Positions 15,182 through 29,530 of a DNA stretch of 64,000 nt are shown piece after piece. The number at the start of each line of letters is the position of its first letter. The stretch's first letter is position 1. The DNA is taken from positions 1,054,001-1,118,000 of the forward strand of contig NEEC01000016.1 of assembly GCA_002189035.1 (NCBI GenBank). Reading direction: 5' to 3'. The DNA is from Utricularia gibba. Taxonomy: Eukaryota > Plantae > Magnoliophyta. A model generated the notes under the pieces. The model worked only from the letters and a program-made list of their open reading frames with translations. It searched no databases and was not told where the DNA came from. A program made the position numbers and the translations under genes.

Positions 15182-15999
15182 AGGCTACAAATTCAAGGGT
15201 GCTCAAGCATGACTCTTGGTGTCAATCCAGCCTCGGTTTTTCACCCTGTATCATCATCACTTCCAGAACCTAGGAGTAATTAAGCAACACTACTCAAGGA
15301 TCACAAGATGAAGCAGTAGTAGCAGTTCATATTCTTTTTTGCTTACAACTTAGCTTGGACTTGGTGTGCCTCATTTGCTTTATGATAAGGCAGGGCAATT
15401 CATCTGCCTATCTGCAGAATGTATAGTGTAGTATTGTTCACAATACATGTTTCATCTCATACATTTCTATGGCTCCATTTCCAAACATAATAACCGTGCG
15501 GTTAAAAGAGAACAAGACCAGCATGATGAATGCATTTGTGAAGTTTCAAGCATAGTGGGCACAGGCTACGGGTGAAGGAAAATGAAAAGATGAGTAAGAC
15601 TTGTGGTTAAATGGTCCATCTTTAGGGCAGCCTGAGGACTACCATTGCAGCAGTGGACAATATGCTGAGGACCACAAAGATGACAACTTTCTTAAAGGGA
15701 AACTTCCTTCACATGTGATATGTAAAAGACATAAAGCTAGAAGCCAAGCTTTTTCTGATCAATTTGGCGTTTTGTGCACAAGCAGAAGATTGAACAGCAT
15801 TATCAACGTACCAGCACGGTGAACACATCAAGTACAGATATTGCAACACTACAGCAGGGGGGCTACAACCTGGAGAGCAGTTAAGAAAGTGAAATCCAAC
15901 TAGCCGAAGATGATGCGCTGTTTTCTTCCACAAGGATGATGAAGGAAATGTACCCTGAGTCAAAGTAAGCACGCATGCATTATAGTTCATGTGGGGAGT

Positions 16000-17531
16000 T
16001 CATTCACAAGCAGGCTTGGTGTCAAAGCTACTTAAGCAGATGGCGAAAGCCTGGAAAGCAGAGAGTGGGTAGTGATAATCCATCGTAAAGATGTCCTTCC
16101 CAATCTTTCCAAACTGCAGTATAACCTTTTCTTGCTCTGCATAAGGTATGTCAAATGAGGGATCAACAGCAGCCACGAGCTGGAAGTTCTTCACTGATGC
16201 TACCGTGACACGGCCTTTGAAGTTCAGGCACCAGCACTGCAACTGCTCATGCCATCTTGGGGCCTTATTCTTAAGGACAAGAGATTCCGGATTACTTGGA
16301 TTCTCCATGGATGATGAACCTAGGAGGCTTGGAGAGCTGAAGGGTATAATATGCTCCTTTCCCTTTGACACAGGCGAAAATGATAGTTCATTCACCGGTG
16401 TAGGTGCAGTGCCCCCAACCTGAACGGAAGACAAGGGAATCGAATGCATCACGCAGTGCATTCGTCTCGGACCCCTTGCGCGGAGGACATTCAGCTCATA
16501 CGAAACAGTAGCCACATTGTAGTTGTAGGAAGGCAGTTTTGGAGATACTTGTTTGAGATTGAATCTCCGGCTGTGTCGACTTGAATTGTTTCCAGCAGCA
16601 ATACCTGGTGCTTGGCTATCAAAAATTGCGAACTTGGTCCCCAGAAAGTTAGACCTACACACACAGTGTTGAATTCAGGGAAGGAAACATGGCTACAAAT
16701 GGGACTCATCAAGAACAGAGCAAGATTGCTTTACCGGAGTTTCCCAATGTACGTGTTGCTGGCCCGAGAAAACTCATCTGCAACCAAAGAAATTATGAAG
16801 TCCGTGCTTGCAGCCCTTCTAATCCTCTTTGCAGCCAGCAACAACTTATCGTTTTCACCCTCAGCTGCCACGATCCAAGAACGAGGTTAAGTAATGGTAA
16901 AAGGAAACAACTCCCCTGTCTCCATCATGCTTGCAAAGTTCTTGACAACAGCAGAATGCAAGGAAGGTAAGCAAAATATACTTCCGTTGGCAGGAAAGTG
17001 ACTTACATGGACTTAAACCATAATAGAGACGGTAAGTTGAATTTGTCCTATCCCTCTTGATAAAGCACTGGATCGGAGCATCTCGAGGTCCCGGCTGGTG
17101 TAAATGCGAAATAGACACATTGAGAGACTCCCAAAGATGCGCAAAGATGAATGGAATTCGATTGGGATCTGAAACTGGGATACCTGCTTCAAAGAAATGG
17201 GAAAAGTGAGTCTCCCACATTCTTCGGGTGTTTTGACAATTTCCTTGGTGACATTTCTCCACGATCTACAAACGGCTGCACAAAACACAACAACTGTTCT
17301 AGCTGGCCAGTCAGTCTCACTCTCTTCAACTCTGCGGATGATGTCTAGAAGCAACTCCGGTGGTAAATTTGCCCATTTTCCTTGCTCGATGGGTTCAGAC
17401 GGCGCGAGATCAGGAGCAATGAAGGCTCTTGTTCGGCTGCGCCAATGCTTCCCCTCAATCCCCTGCATAGATATGCTTCCAATTCCATCTTTAAGTTCCT
17501 TGAGCTCACGTATGATACCCTTGAACGACAT
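16000..17531 (-). CDS. Tubby-like F-box protein (TLP), 4 exons
   Basis: [10 protein letters not shown]..., F-box [20 protein letters not shown]|[17 protein letters not shown]|[42 protein letters not shown]-terminus SFDTKPACE*. Upstream splice-like sites suggest a 5'-UTR intron. Confidence 0.95.
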
Positions 17532-18632
17532 CCCGGTGGTCACACCAATCGCCTCTTCGGTTTGCCTACAAGCATCGCATACCTAGTACAACAGCAAGAC
17601 ACGAATAAGCAGAACAGCAAAGGCTTTGAAGACGGGAAACGAAAGAGGAGCGCATTTGGTGTCTTCGTTATAATAACAGATCTGACAGCCTCACTCGAGA
17701 AGGAAAGAACATCTGGGTGTAAAGTAAGAAAATCCCAGATGATACAATGGCTTAATGATAAGAAGACACCGGCTACATAAGGGAAAGATCTGAAAAAATT
17801 GAAATTCAGCAAACGAATCACCAGATTTTAAGAGCAACTCTCAGCCCACTCATCAAAAGAGCTGGGATTCCTAGAAAACAAAAAACAGACAAAACGTCAC
17901 GCATCCCCATACCCCAACAGATCCAGTAGTACCACAGCCAGAGCATGAACAACCCAACCCAACCCAATCCACCAGCGAAAAGACACAAACTTTGTAGAGC
18001 TCAGGTGTCAACAAGGAAAGGGAAAAAAACCATGAACCTGAAGGATCGGAAAACGGGCAGAAGCCGGGTAGATTACAAGGGCCGCAGATCGGTCACTAGA
18101 ACTCCCTGCATTGCCTTCCCAATTTCCACCGGCTTCAGCGCCAGTTAGACGACACGGCAAGCAGCGATCAGTGACTCCCCGGCGGAGAGAAAAACGCAGC
18201 CCTCATCCCAGACACCGTAATTTGCTCGTCACATGCTAAGAGAAAGAATAAAGTCAAGTTCTTGTCCTTCCCTTTTATCCGCTTCTCTCTCTTCAGTCTC
18301 CCCACCTTCTTCTACATATATAATAAAAAAGCTAGAAACACCACCAAAATGACTTACTGTTTTTTTTTTATAGACCAAACACACGACAAGCATCATACGC
18401 AATGAGACACCGACACCAGGCCTGCATTTTGTAATCCACAAGGTAAGAACACACTAATAAATTTCTAAACTTGATCCAAGACATAATTTTTTGTTTACTT
18501 TAAAAACATTATATAATTTCATTTTCCTGCGCTTAGACATGTTGTGGAACAGGTCTGCAAGAACGACCATGACCGCAATAGAGACGAGGATGAAGACGTC
18601 TGATGTTCATGACCATAAAGCTGTAACCTTTC

Positions 18633-20445
18633 CTAAGATTTCCCTGCAAGGGTTAAGCAATCTCTTAAAAAACCATCAACCTGGTGCACGTACGCAGCTG
18701 GGAAAGCCCTGTAATGATCCACATGAGCAGACGACCCGAAATTGAAGCTCCGTACATCTCTTCCTCCTCTCTTCTGCTCATCAAGGAACAACTCCACGGC
18801 TTCGAATGGAATGACCCTGTCTCCGGAGCTATATAGATACAGCTGAGGGCAGGGAGGCTGATCCTTCGAGAGTATATCGATGATCTTCGAGAGCCTCCTG
18901 TTGTGGACGGAACAAGTCCAAGAGTTGAGATCAACATCATTTAATCGCATGCATTATCCAAACTTCCAAGACTTACTGGTTTATATCAGGCAAGTTGAGG
19001 ATCAAGTTGAAGAGTTTTTCAAATGCTGCGAGCACTGCGGTTTCCACGATGGAAGGCCTGAGCTTTAACTCTTGTACTGTCGACCCGGTCATTCCACTAG
19101 CCAATGCAGCTCCTGCTGTCCTAGTTGACGGATAAATAGCAGTGCTGTGCTGTTTAAGCAGGGCTGCAGTAAATCCGGCAGCCCAAACCTGAAAACCCAT
19201 GGATATTCAGGCAGATGCATCATGGGCAGAAAATGGAAGGCAGAGTTGAAACATGTGCAAATAAAGTAGGCATAAGCTATGGGATTCAGCGAAGCTCAAT
19301 TGGAATCTAATAGAGTTGCAAAGAAAAAGAGAAATTTCCATCAGAGAGTAACTAGAGCTTGCTCCAGATGTTGGGTTTCGACCTCGAAACCATTCAAATA
19401 CAAGAATCAAAATATGAAAGCAACGCCGCAACCAGAAACCAGAAGCCATCGATGAGCAGTTAGCTCAGAATGTTCAAAGCAACTGGAATAAAATTCTCCG
19501 GAAGAGAAGCTAAATTTTGTTGCACATAAGAAACTGAGGTAATTCCCAAAAGACACAAGCTTTTTGCACAAGAAAGAACATTAGACAATCCAACTAGGAA
19601 AAACGCATACCTTTGGATCAATGTTAGGATCTCCACCCGAATCTACAATGCATCCTTTTATCTTGGTCAACAGATCATGTCTACTTTTTCTGAAATTGTC
19701 AAGAATAGAACCATATCTGCAGAAGAAAATAGTAACTGAACAAAACGACAATCCCGGCTCACTAGAGTTAGCGAAAGTAGTCAAGAATAGCACAACAATG
19801 GGGTGTAACTCGTAAGAATTTGATTGATGAGTCGGCGACCTACGTTAGCCAGCCGGTGTTGCTAAACGTGTGGAACATCACGAGCCGATCACGGGCATCC
19901 CCATTCAACAACCATGAAGCTAAATCCTCTGCCAATCTTCGAGGCCTTTCCTCCAGCTTCTTTCCCAGTGGAACATTGAGAGCATCCATCACAGAAGTAA
20001 CAAACGTAACTACATGAATCCCTTTAGCGTTGTACAACTCAACGTACCGCCTCAACTGCTTGGGCTTGGCTCCCAACCACCCCAGCATCACCACCGCAAC
20101 CTCGGGCTCATTGTCTCCCAAAGCAACCCCATTATCGAGTCCGCTGAGGACTTTTCCTGAAGCGTAATGCCATCGGGTGGAGCTGTGGTCGGTACCAAAA
20201 AAAGTGCGAATAGCAGAATCGGCTGACAACGAAAAACGGGACTTCCCGAAAAGTTGACGAGGCTTGAAGAATGGACCATTAGGAATGCTGGAGAAGCGAT
20301 TATTGTGATTGTGGGGAACGAAAGAGGCCAGCGTTCGGCTCGTGGGGAGTGGCCGTTGCACCCTGACAGGAGCCCAAAACTTGGCGGGTTCATGGATTAA
20401 CGGCCGAGGAAAAGGAAGATTGCAGGAGATGATAACCCTCGCCAT
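18633..20445 (-). CDS. DUF829/TMEM53-family alpha/beta hydrolase, organelle-targeted, 4 exons
   Basis: Transit-peptide-like N-terminus, then VVMLGWLGAKPKQLRRYVELY, FHTFSNTGW, IVDSGG, PQLYLYSSGDRVIP, FGSSAHVDHYR. Confidence 0.9.
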
Positions 20446-20947
20446 TGATCGAAATCACAACAGCGGGGTGACTCGACGAAACTTCCCACACTCCATCGTC
20501 CTTGGTTTTCAATCTCACGAAGAATCAGAAACCCTACCAAAATCACTCTAAATTCGTACACAGCCTTACCGCCAGCCTCTAAAATGGCATCACCAATTTG
20601 GCTTTGCCGGGTAGTTCGACACCTGCGAACTGCGCGAAGTCTAGCCGGGACTACTCCGGCCAACTTCCCGGCAGCTATTTCGGGGAGGTTTAGGGCTCCA
20701 GTATACTTGCTAAAAGAGACACCTTTGCCACAGTAATTTGGTTTATTTCGAAGATTCGCATAAAAATTGGCAATACTCTCAAGAGAGGAAAGGAACACAC
20801 GGGAGATATATATATGTATGTCCAGTCAAGTCCAATCTGTAACACTATTACATCAGCTTACTGCACTACAGAGAAACAGAGCTGCAAACTCAGCTCTTAG
20901 AGCAACTCCTGATCACCAAACTCCGGAGACCCAAAACAGGAGAATGC

Positions 20948-23018
20948 TCAGTCACTGAAGTCTGTGCTTCCACTGTGAGAGCTACTCACATTGCCACTGT
21001 GTAAGGAGAGGCTTCTCAGGTGTGTACCAAGTGCAACATCATCTGGTTTATTGTCCTGGAAGAACTTCTGACGTTCCATGTATTTAGATGGTGGTGGAGG
21101 GATGACGACGGCTGCTTGTTTATCCATCAAAACTTTCTGACTCGGGCTGCTGCCAAGAGATTTAGCTGTTTTGTGGCTAGGCTCCATTGATAGAGGCCTT
21201 TCACGGTGGTCGATGGACAAGGGCCGTATCAGGGGCCTGTTGAACATTTCTCCTGGAACAGGGTGCCCCATTAATCCAAAAGGACGATGATCCATCTTTT
21301 CCACTTCATCATCAGGACGTATACATGCTTTCCCCTTTCGCATCCTGTCCCATGGAGATAGTGGAAGGGTGCTGCTTATTACAGTGAGGATCAAGAAGCT
21401 GAGAATTGAGCTTATTGATCATGCTTACCGCCTGAATAACTGTTCTGCTTCTTCTTCCTCCTCTTCCTCCCCATGGTTGATATGATGTGATTCGGGTATC
21501 CTCCTACCAGAAAGAAGAGCATCGTGCCTACGAAGAACTCTATCAAGCTGATCGTTGATCTCAACAGCCCGTAAAACGATCTTTTCGTTCCTGGAAAAGG
21601 GGAGGATACAAAAACAGAGGTTATTCTCTGAGCAGAAAGGGCACATAGTAGAAAAGAGCACTAACCGAGAGGTAACTGCCAGCTGCATTACTCTTTGCTT
21701 ATGGAACGAGCATTGTTCCACAAGATCTAGAGTAAATTCATCGTTTGCTCCCTTGAAGAACAACAGAAGGGAACAATTTCAAATCATCAAACAGAAAAAT
21801 AAGCAAAGTCGAAGCAGATGGAATACTACCTCCTGGTTTTGAGAATCAATAGCATCAAGAACATCTCGTAGAACATCCAAAGCAGTATTGGCTTTCTCAA
21901 GAATACTACAGAATAGATGCTATGGAAGTAAGAGCGAGTCGTAGGCAAACTTTTGTGACAAAATATGAGGAATCATAAAGCAGTGAAATGGCTACCTCAA
22001 TTCAGAAACGGCTGGATTTTGGGTTTGCGGCAAAGTCCTCTCATTCGTAGGAACATCGGGCTTCACTGCTGGTGGGTTATGCTTTGCAATGCTGTTTATA
22101 GAGTCAGGCTTAGAGACATCTCTAGGCCTCTGAGGAAACTGAACTCCAGCACTCTGAGAGAAAATGCGTTGTTAAATTCAATAAATTTTCATTAACAGAG
22201 CAATGTGGATGCAAATCTACTGACTTCCACTACTTAAAACACACACACAAAAAGGCAGCCAAATGGAAGACAGAGCAATGTGGATGCAAATCACCACGCA
22301 CCACTAACTCGTAGAATGCAGAATAGAATTGAGGGAACTTCCCAGAAGCCCCACCCACATACGTCTGTGCAGCATCTAACAGGAGAAATATCTTCTCTCG
22401 AACTGGAAGTTCCGTCTGCGAAAAGGGTAACTCGTTGAATCAAATCATCAACATTAATATCATCAACTGTTAAGAATACGCACTTTTTTCTTCACAATTT
22501 TCACAAGCACGGGCAGTACTCCTTTGTCTACAACTTGATAATGTACTGGTTCTCCGACATTATTCAACAGCATCTCCAGCAACTGGTGAGCCACATTTTC
22601 AGAAGCAGAACGAGGAGAGCAGGTCATCAATATCTACAACAGAACTCCTATATGCAACTAATCAACTCACCAACACTGAATAGAGTTGAGCGTTCGCATT
22701 TTTACTTCCAAGGCGTTTTTTAATTGCTTTCACAACATCTTTGGCTTGCCTGCATAATCAAGGACTCAGAAAGGTTCTCCCATAGAATATAATTACAAAA
22801 GCACATGTGTGAAGTCAAAAAGGAATTCCAGAAGTTTTCAAGTCTTAGGCTAAAAGGACGTTTTCAAGTGTTAAGCTCAGAAAGGAAACGAAATCATGAG
22901 TGCTGCACTACCTGTGGTCTTGGGCAACTAGTTCACATATCTCTATGTTCTTGGACCAGTCCATTTCAGAAAGCTTTTCACTAGTAGCACTATTTACCAA
23001 TTCAACCGCCATTTTCAT
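20948..23018 (-). CDS. TOM1-like VHS/GAT-domain ESCRT-0-like protein (TOL5-like), 9 coding exons
   Basis: (MK)[41 protein letters not shown] domain [18 protein letters not shown]-terminus [16 protein letters not shown]...GSTDFSD*. All exons join in frame. The long spliced 5' leader probably extends to about 23.9 kb. Confidence 0.92.
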
Positions 23019-24292
23019 GATCCCTCTGCAAGAATGAGGCCCTCAATACAAGGCAAAAACTACAAACGCCGTTTTTCAAGTCTTGTACTAATTTACTGAA
23101 AGGAAATACCCACAAGGTTTGCAAAGCTGATAATCAATCACGATACCCAAAATGCACCAATAGCTTAGAAATGGGTACAGCAACAGGGGTTCAATCACTT
23201 ATACATACAGTACAGACGTGAAAATTGAAACAGAAAATCAACCCCGGATAGAAGTGTAAACAGAGAAGCATTCATTAGAAAAGCAAATTGTCTTTCCCCA
23301 AAAATCCCCAAGCGACCATAAGCAATAATCGTCCCTACCTCACACCAACAACCGAGAAAAGACTTCCCTTCATCATTCCTCCCAATCAATCCTCAAACCT
23401 AATAAAAGAAAAGAAAGGTACACTGCCCCCTGATCCCATCAAAACCATGAATCGCTCCCCCAAATTCACGGATCAAAATCTCATTTTCTCCGCATCATAA
23501 CAGTGTTTAATAATCAATCACGATAGCAAAAAAACACCCACCACAAAGCAACCCAAGAAAGGGCACACGCAACAGCCCCAAACGCGTCAAAAGTCAGTCT
23601 GCAATCGCTGCAAACGTTGGACGACTGCTGTACAACATCACAAACCGACCATACATTCACACAAACATATAGCACATAAAAGTAAAATGACGATAGTCAC
23701 AGCGCCACGACAAGTCCACTCCGTATTTTCCATCTCCGCGTATCACAATTCCACCTTTCCCAACATCAAACTGACCTTGTCGATGACCCCCGATATCTAT
23801 AGAATCTCTGTTCCAACGATGAAGATACCCTTCTCTCTTTTTTTTCTAAATCCAGTCAGTGGTAAGGCTGTTTCCTCTGCTGGACAATCGTAAAAAGCAG
23901 TAGGCTTTGGTACCTGGATTCAGATTGGAAATTGGTCCCGTAGTGGTATTGGCTATCGCCACTCCCATCAAACCTCAAAGACAAGAAAGCCCTCGGAATG
24001 TAACTCCCCAAAATCACCCATTAATTGCCATTTACATCATCTAAAGAACCCTAAATCCAATGATTATGCATTCACAATACCCCCCACCCAGGTATCATCA
24101 GCATTTAATTACCTCTCCTCAAACTTCTAATTACGTCATTATCTCGTAATTAACAAATGGCGGGTGTCATTAGAAGATTAATTATGCCACCGCCTCTGAA
24201 AATGAAAGGGAGGCAACAGAAACTCCCCGGACGACGACAAACAGTGGCCCTCGCGTACGGGGGACCACAGAATCCCAGCCCGCTGAAATCCA

Positions 24293-24310
24293 TGGCCCAA
24301 TACGGCCCAC
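24293..24310. promoter_or_regulatory. Site II elements upstream of the TOL gene
   Basis: TGGCCCAATACGGCCCAC, with an AACCCTAA telo-box near 24047. Confidence 0.45.
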
Positions 24311-25327
24311 GAGGACGACCAGCCACGGCCACTTATTTTTCTTTATCATTTAAAGTTAAAACCGTCAAATTAACTTTATTTAATTTTTCTTTATTGATTT
24401 CAATCTTCATGATTAAAATTCTAGGATTTAATTTCAAAATTATTAAATAAATATTAATTAGAAAAATTACATTATTTATTTTATACACGTCTTAGAAATA
24501 CATTGATACCTTCATACTAAATTTTATTAAATTATATAATATAATTTTATAATATCATATAGAATAGTTTACTAAACTGTTTTTCTATTCTACATAATAT
24601 GAAATGCATATTTAAAGCATAACGCGGACTTCATGTGTTTGGTTCAAAATAAAAAAATGAAATTAAATTTGATTTAATTTGTACTTGTAAATAGAATATT
24701 TTATTAAAATTTATTTAAATGATATAATATTTTCAATATTTTACTAAAAATATATTATTTCCTATGGTATTCTCAGAGAGGATGAAATCATCAAATCTTG
24801 ACAATACATTCAAAATCCCCCAAACAAAATATTTCATTTATTAAATTAACATAATGAGGCCCACTATAACATTGGGCCCAAACTATGGAAGCCCAACATC
24901 TCCTTTTTATCCAGTTGCTCTGAAAGATCCCAGCCCAACAACCACAATTTAATTTTTCTTTTGTTTTGTTTTCAAAACAAGGGTCATCAAAAGAGTTGCT
25001 ATCAACCAGGTTGGATTTTTACAGCATTGACTCTTATTCCAAGATTATCCATTTGGATTTATTTATTTAATATATATTATATTATTTACTGGATAGAGTT
25101 GAGATGAGAATAAATATGGAAATTGACTAATAATAATAATACTAATCACATCATAGCATCCAAGGGCAATAGTACATTTTTGTTTTCTTACAAGTAGGTG
25201 GTCGTCACTACAAGGCGTCCATCAAATCACAGACCAGAGGGAGCCCCACCGCCCATTCCTGGAGCCGATTAGAGGCAGTTATCAACACTAAGCATGCATG
25301 ATTACCTGCTATGGAGTAGCCCACATA

Positions 25328-26292
25328 TCAGTAATAGCTACTGTTGCCCCATGCTAACCCCTGCGTGTAACCGCCGTATGCGCTCTCGAAATCCTGCATT
25401 CCGGTGAAAAGCAAGTCGTCCATGGAGAACGCGGAGGCGCCGGGGCTGTTGGTGTTGCCGGAGAAGGCGTCGTGTTTCTCCGAGAGTCGTTGTATTTCCA
25501 TTGTAGCCTCGTCGAGTTGTTCCTTGAGCTTCAGCAGCTGTAGAGTGGCAAGTGTTCGAGTAAATTCATGGTATTTCTGGAATCCTGCCCTAAGTAGGGC
25601 GACCCAAAGGTATTAGGGTTAAAACCTTTGACCTGGTAATAATACTCGGGAACTAAACTAAGCTATGGTGTCGTCATCCTGTACCATCGGGGTGGGTGTG
25701 TGTTCAGTTCTCGAAAAGGGAAAGGATACATGAAAGAAAGTAATGTACCTCTGTTTCGAGGAGGCATTTCTCAACAACTGCGGTGTCGTGCTCCGCCTTG
25801 AGCTTCGAGTACTCCTCCTCCAGCTTCTTCACCTTCCACCGGACACGCCGGTTCTGGAACCACACTGCGACCTGGCGGGGTCCAGCCCCAACTCCGCCGC
25901 CAACCGGTCTTTCCTCTCCGTCTCCAGCTTATGCTCACACCCGAAGCTCCGCTCAAGCATCTTCACCTACACCGCCGCCCCAAAGAAAAAGTTAGTTAAA
26001 CTCAGTCCCTGCTCCGGCAATGTAATATATGCGTGCGTCCCACGCACCTGCTCCTCGCTGAGCTTCCTCTTCCTCACCACCCCGTCCGCCGCACTCTTCG
26101 TCCCCCGCCGCCTCCGCCGCAGCTGCTCCGACGCTCCTGCCGGACTCACATTCTGAGGAACAGACACAGAAGAGGGTAAGAATTTGGGGAGGGTTAAAAC
26201 TCACCTTGCTGTTGCGGAGGCTGCAGGTATATCCCATCACTGTAGTACTCAGAAACAAGCATCGCATCATCCAAGTCCTCCTGCTGGTTCAT
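25328..26292 (-). CDS. ATHB40: HD-Zip class I TF, ATHB40/21/53 clade, 4 exons, apparent 1-bp frameshift
   Basis: RKRKLSEEQ|[29 protein letters not shown](P)[23 protein letters not shown], then the zipper [18 protein letters not shown]. One C is missing at 25877-25880. Confidence 0.9.
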
Positions 26293-26754
26293 GATCTCTC
26301 TGTTGGGCAGTACACCAGACTTTAATTTAGAGGGTAAGAGTTTCTGATAAGGAAGGAACCGAGAAGGTGCGGAATGCACAAAGGCAGCCACCAGGAAACC
26401 AGGGACTAGGCTATAAAAAGATGCGTCGCGCAAACTAACCTCGCTTTTGGTGTTATTTTCAACAATGCCACCTCACCGCCTCCCTATCTACAAATGCACA
26501 TTAAATGTTAATTTATGTTTTAATCGACAAAATTACAAGAACAATTTAAATTAGTATAAATAGTTTAACACCCCTTCTAACCATCAATTTTATTATCTCT
26601 TTTTTATCCATTAATTTAATATTAATATTTTCTAAAATCATAAATTAAAACGGCATACCAAATTCACACACAGTGCTTAATTAAGATGAAAATAATTTGA
26701 TCCAAGGTAACTTTGAGCTTTTATACAGAATATTGAATTAAAATAGTTGAGTTA

Positions 26755-26795
26755 ACGTGGAACGTGGCATGGTACACGCAAGTGACACATGCATG
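26755..26795. promoter_or_regulatory. ABRE pair plus RY element upstream of ATHB40
   Basis: ACGTGG at 26755, ACGTGGC at 26762 and CATGCATG at 26788, about 470-500 bp upstream of the ATG. Confidence 0.5.
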
Positions 26796-29289
26796 CACCT
26801 GCACACAAAAAAAAGCATGTAACATGCCATTTTTGTGTGACGTAGCTTGAGATAAGGCTTCCTTGTTGTTTTTGGCTGCTTCTTCTTTGTTTTGTCCCGT
26901 CGGTTTTTCGTCCCATTAAGGAGAGAGCACTCGCTAGTTATTGTAATAAATTCTTGTGTTAAAGAATAAGGTATATATTTGAAAAGTGTTATAAATTATA
27001 CAAGAATAGAATTAAAGTAGTTTCCAAACATTGCTTAAATAAGTGGTTGCTCAAACCATCTTTGACCATTGGATGCAACCTTTGTCATCATTCATTCTAA
27101 TAATCTCTTATTTTGTATTTCTAACATTTCATCTGCATTTAACATAGTTTTAAAAAAATTAATAAAACTTTAAAGTAATATTCTGAAAAAATTTTAAAAC
27201 CTATTTATACTTTTTAAAAATAAAAATAGTTTTATTTTAGAATATTCTTAATTATAAAAATAATTCTATCAAAAACATTTTTAAAATTATACTACAAAAG
27301 TTATTTTTAAAAAAAAAATACAAATTTGTTTACTTTTACTTCTTAGTTCTATTTTTCTAAAATAATTTTGAAAATTAAAAATAGGTTTCAAAAATTCTCA
27401 AAAACACTCCTTACATCTTGATGTTGTTATTTCATGTTGCAACCAAGTTTTATGTCACATTTACAAAGTGGCATTAAAATACTCAAATAACTCTTTTTTT
27501 TTTTGTTTTTTTCTCACATCACAACACACTTGTAATGAAAGACGAAAGAACATGAACAAGATCATGGGAAACGGATAAGGATTTCACGAGGGTGGAGAGC
27601 AGAGTTTGCAGGGAGAGTTAGTGGCAGAAGGAAGGCTGTTTCCCAAATAAGGAAACCGGGGGGTTGTGGATATGAATTGGGGTTCTCTTTGTCCAGGTGC
27701 ATGCATGAGAGGGAAGGAATGGCAACTCTGGATGCTCTCCTACAGTAGCTTGTGAAGGGGGTTGGTGTTCATTTGGCAACGAGTTTTGTCCGCATTCCAA
27801 CACATGGCCCACTGCGCATCATCACAAAACAACAACAACAACAACTCAAGTATGCCACCAACTCCATACTTAACCACTGCTCTGCTTCTCCAATCTGTTT
27901 TGCCGCTTTTTAGCAGCATTATGGCCCGAGGAGTTAGGGGGAAGAGAACTTTGGATCCGGCATTTGTAGCTGCCACACAGCTTTGAATGGGATGGGGAGG
28001 TGCAGTTTGAGAGTGGTATATTAAGTTATAGTCGATATAAAAAATTTAATATATAACTTTTAAATTTGACGTATTTTAATTACTTTTGTTGTAAATGATC
28101 TATCCCTAAACTTATTATATTATAACGTTATTATAACTATACATCATTATAAATAATATCCACAATTTTCATTCCAAAAATCATAAAATGCCAACACAAT
28201 ATAACCCTAATTAGGGATTTTGATTCATTGAACTTTATATGTGAATGCGAAAAAGGGTTATTATGAAATTTTGTTAGCTGTGAAATAAGAGTTGATTCAC
28301 AATAATTCATTTTTTAAAAATTTTGAAAATCATTTGAGTATTCATTGTATGATTTTGACAACTTGATATATCTTTTTTGTAATTTTGAAGTTTACAACCT
28401 TTATACTAGTTGAAATTTGATGTGTTGTTTTTTTCAATTTTCTCGGGATTGAGAATAATGAAATGGCATTGATTATGGTATACAAGTATAGAGTATGCAG
28501 AGAGGCGGGTGTATTGAATTGAATGGATGGGTGGTGCTCCTCGTTGTTTTAAGTTCACCATCTGTGCAAGAAACCCTTTTGACTTTGAGGTCCACACACT
28601 GTTGTCGCCTTCCCAGTTCCTTCTTTAATGTGTTGGTCCCTGAGCCCACCACCAATTCCATCACAACCTCATCTAAACGCACCCCACCCCTTTTTTTCTA
28701 TACTTCAAGCTTCCATTCTCCACGGAGGGGACCGACCCCTTTTTGCCACCGGCGAACAGGAGGAGCAACACTGCGTCTGCGTACTTGATTCAGAAACTAA
28801 AAGCTGGATGATTGATATGTATTATTGGAACCGGAACCCATTGTTGTGTCTTGAAAATGGAGGGAAAGGAAGGGTTCTTTTTCAAACTGGACTGTTCACC
28901 CTATGGAACAGTCTCTCTCCGACGTAGGTGCAGATGACAGAGCGTCAGACAGCATCTTCTCCAACTCCATCCATGGGATTAGGGTTTGGTAAAGCTGTGT
29001 GTGGTGTCTTGTGATAAGACGCAACCCTCAGCCGTTTTCAAACTGTCGATTTAAAGCATGTGGGAGTAGAATTTTCATGGAGGATGGGCCACCCACCATT
29101 CACATGCAACCTTACATTGGGTTACCCACTCCTCTCCTAGACCATTTCGGATGTACCAATCCATCTATTCTAAATTTTAACACTTTTGTATTGAAATTAA
29201 AGATATAATGATTTGGACGATCACACGTGAATTACAAATATATCAAAAATATGGATCATATTATGAAAAATTAGGCTCAACTAATATGT

Positions 29290-29530
29290 GAGATCGTTGT
29301 GTTCTAATACTCGTCTTAAAGTTGAATTAGTTTTTGATCCAATTAAAACTTATTTTTTTTATTGTTAATGTATGTAGTGTTCAGATAATAAGTTGATTTA
29401 ATTTTTTTCATCTATGTTCAATACATCTTTTTTTTTTTTTTAATCATAATTCAAATTAATACAAAGCTATCTTGGTCACTAAGTCATGTCGCAAGGTGAA
29501 CGATTTAATATCGTATTGAAATTAAGAATC
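29290..29530 (-). mobile_element. Eroded copy of the LTR-leader repeat seen at 39.5 kb
   Basis: Colinear similarity with 39490-39730: TTCTAATAC..AAGTTGAATTAG, TCAATACATC, TTGGTCACT, and a degenerate PBS/LTR edge. Confidence 0.45.

Noticed and set aside
27872-27893. miR164-like TGGAGAAGCAGAGCA on the minus strand
   Set aside because: The 3' half mismatches miR164 and there is no well-paired star arm.
27740-27976. Small ORF ending ...NPLHKLL, CLE-peptide-like
   Set aside because: It lacks the RxxPxGP core, the spacing is wrong, and there is no N-terminal signal peptide.
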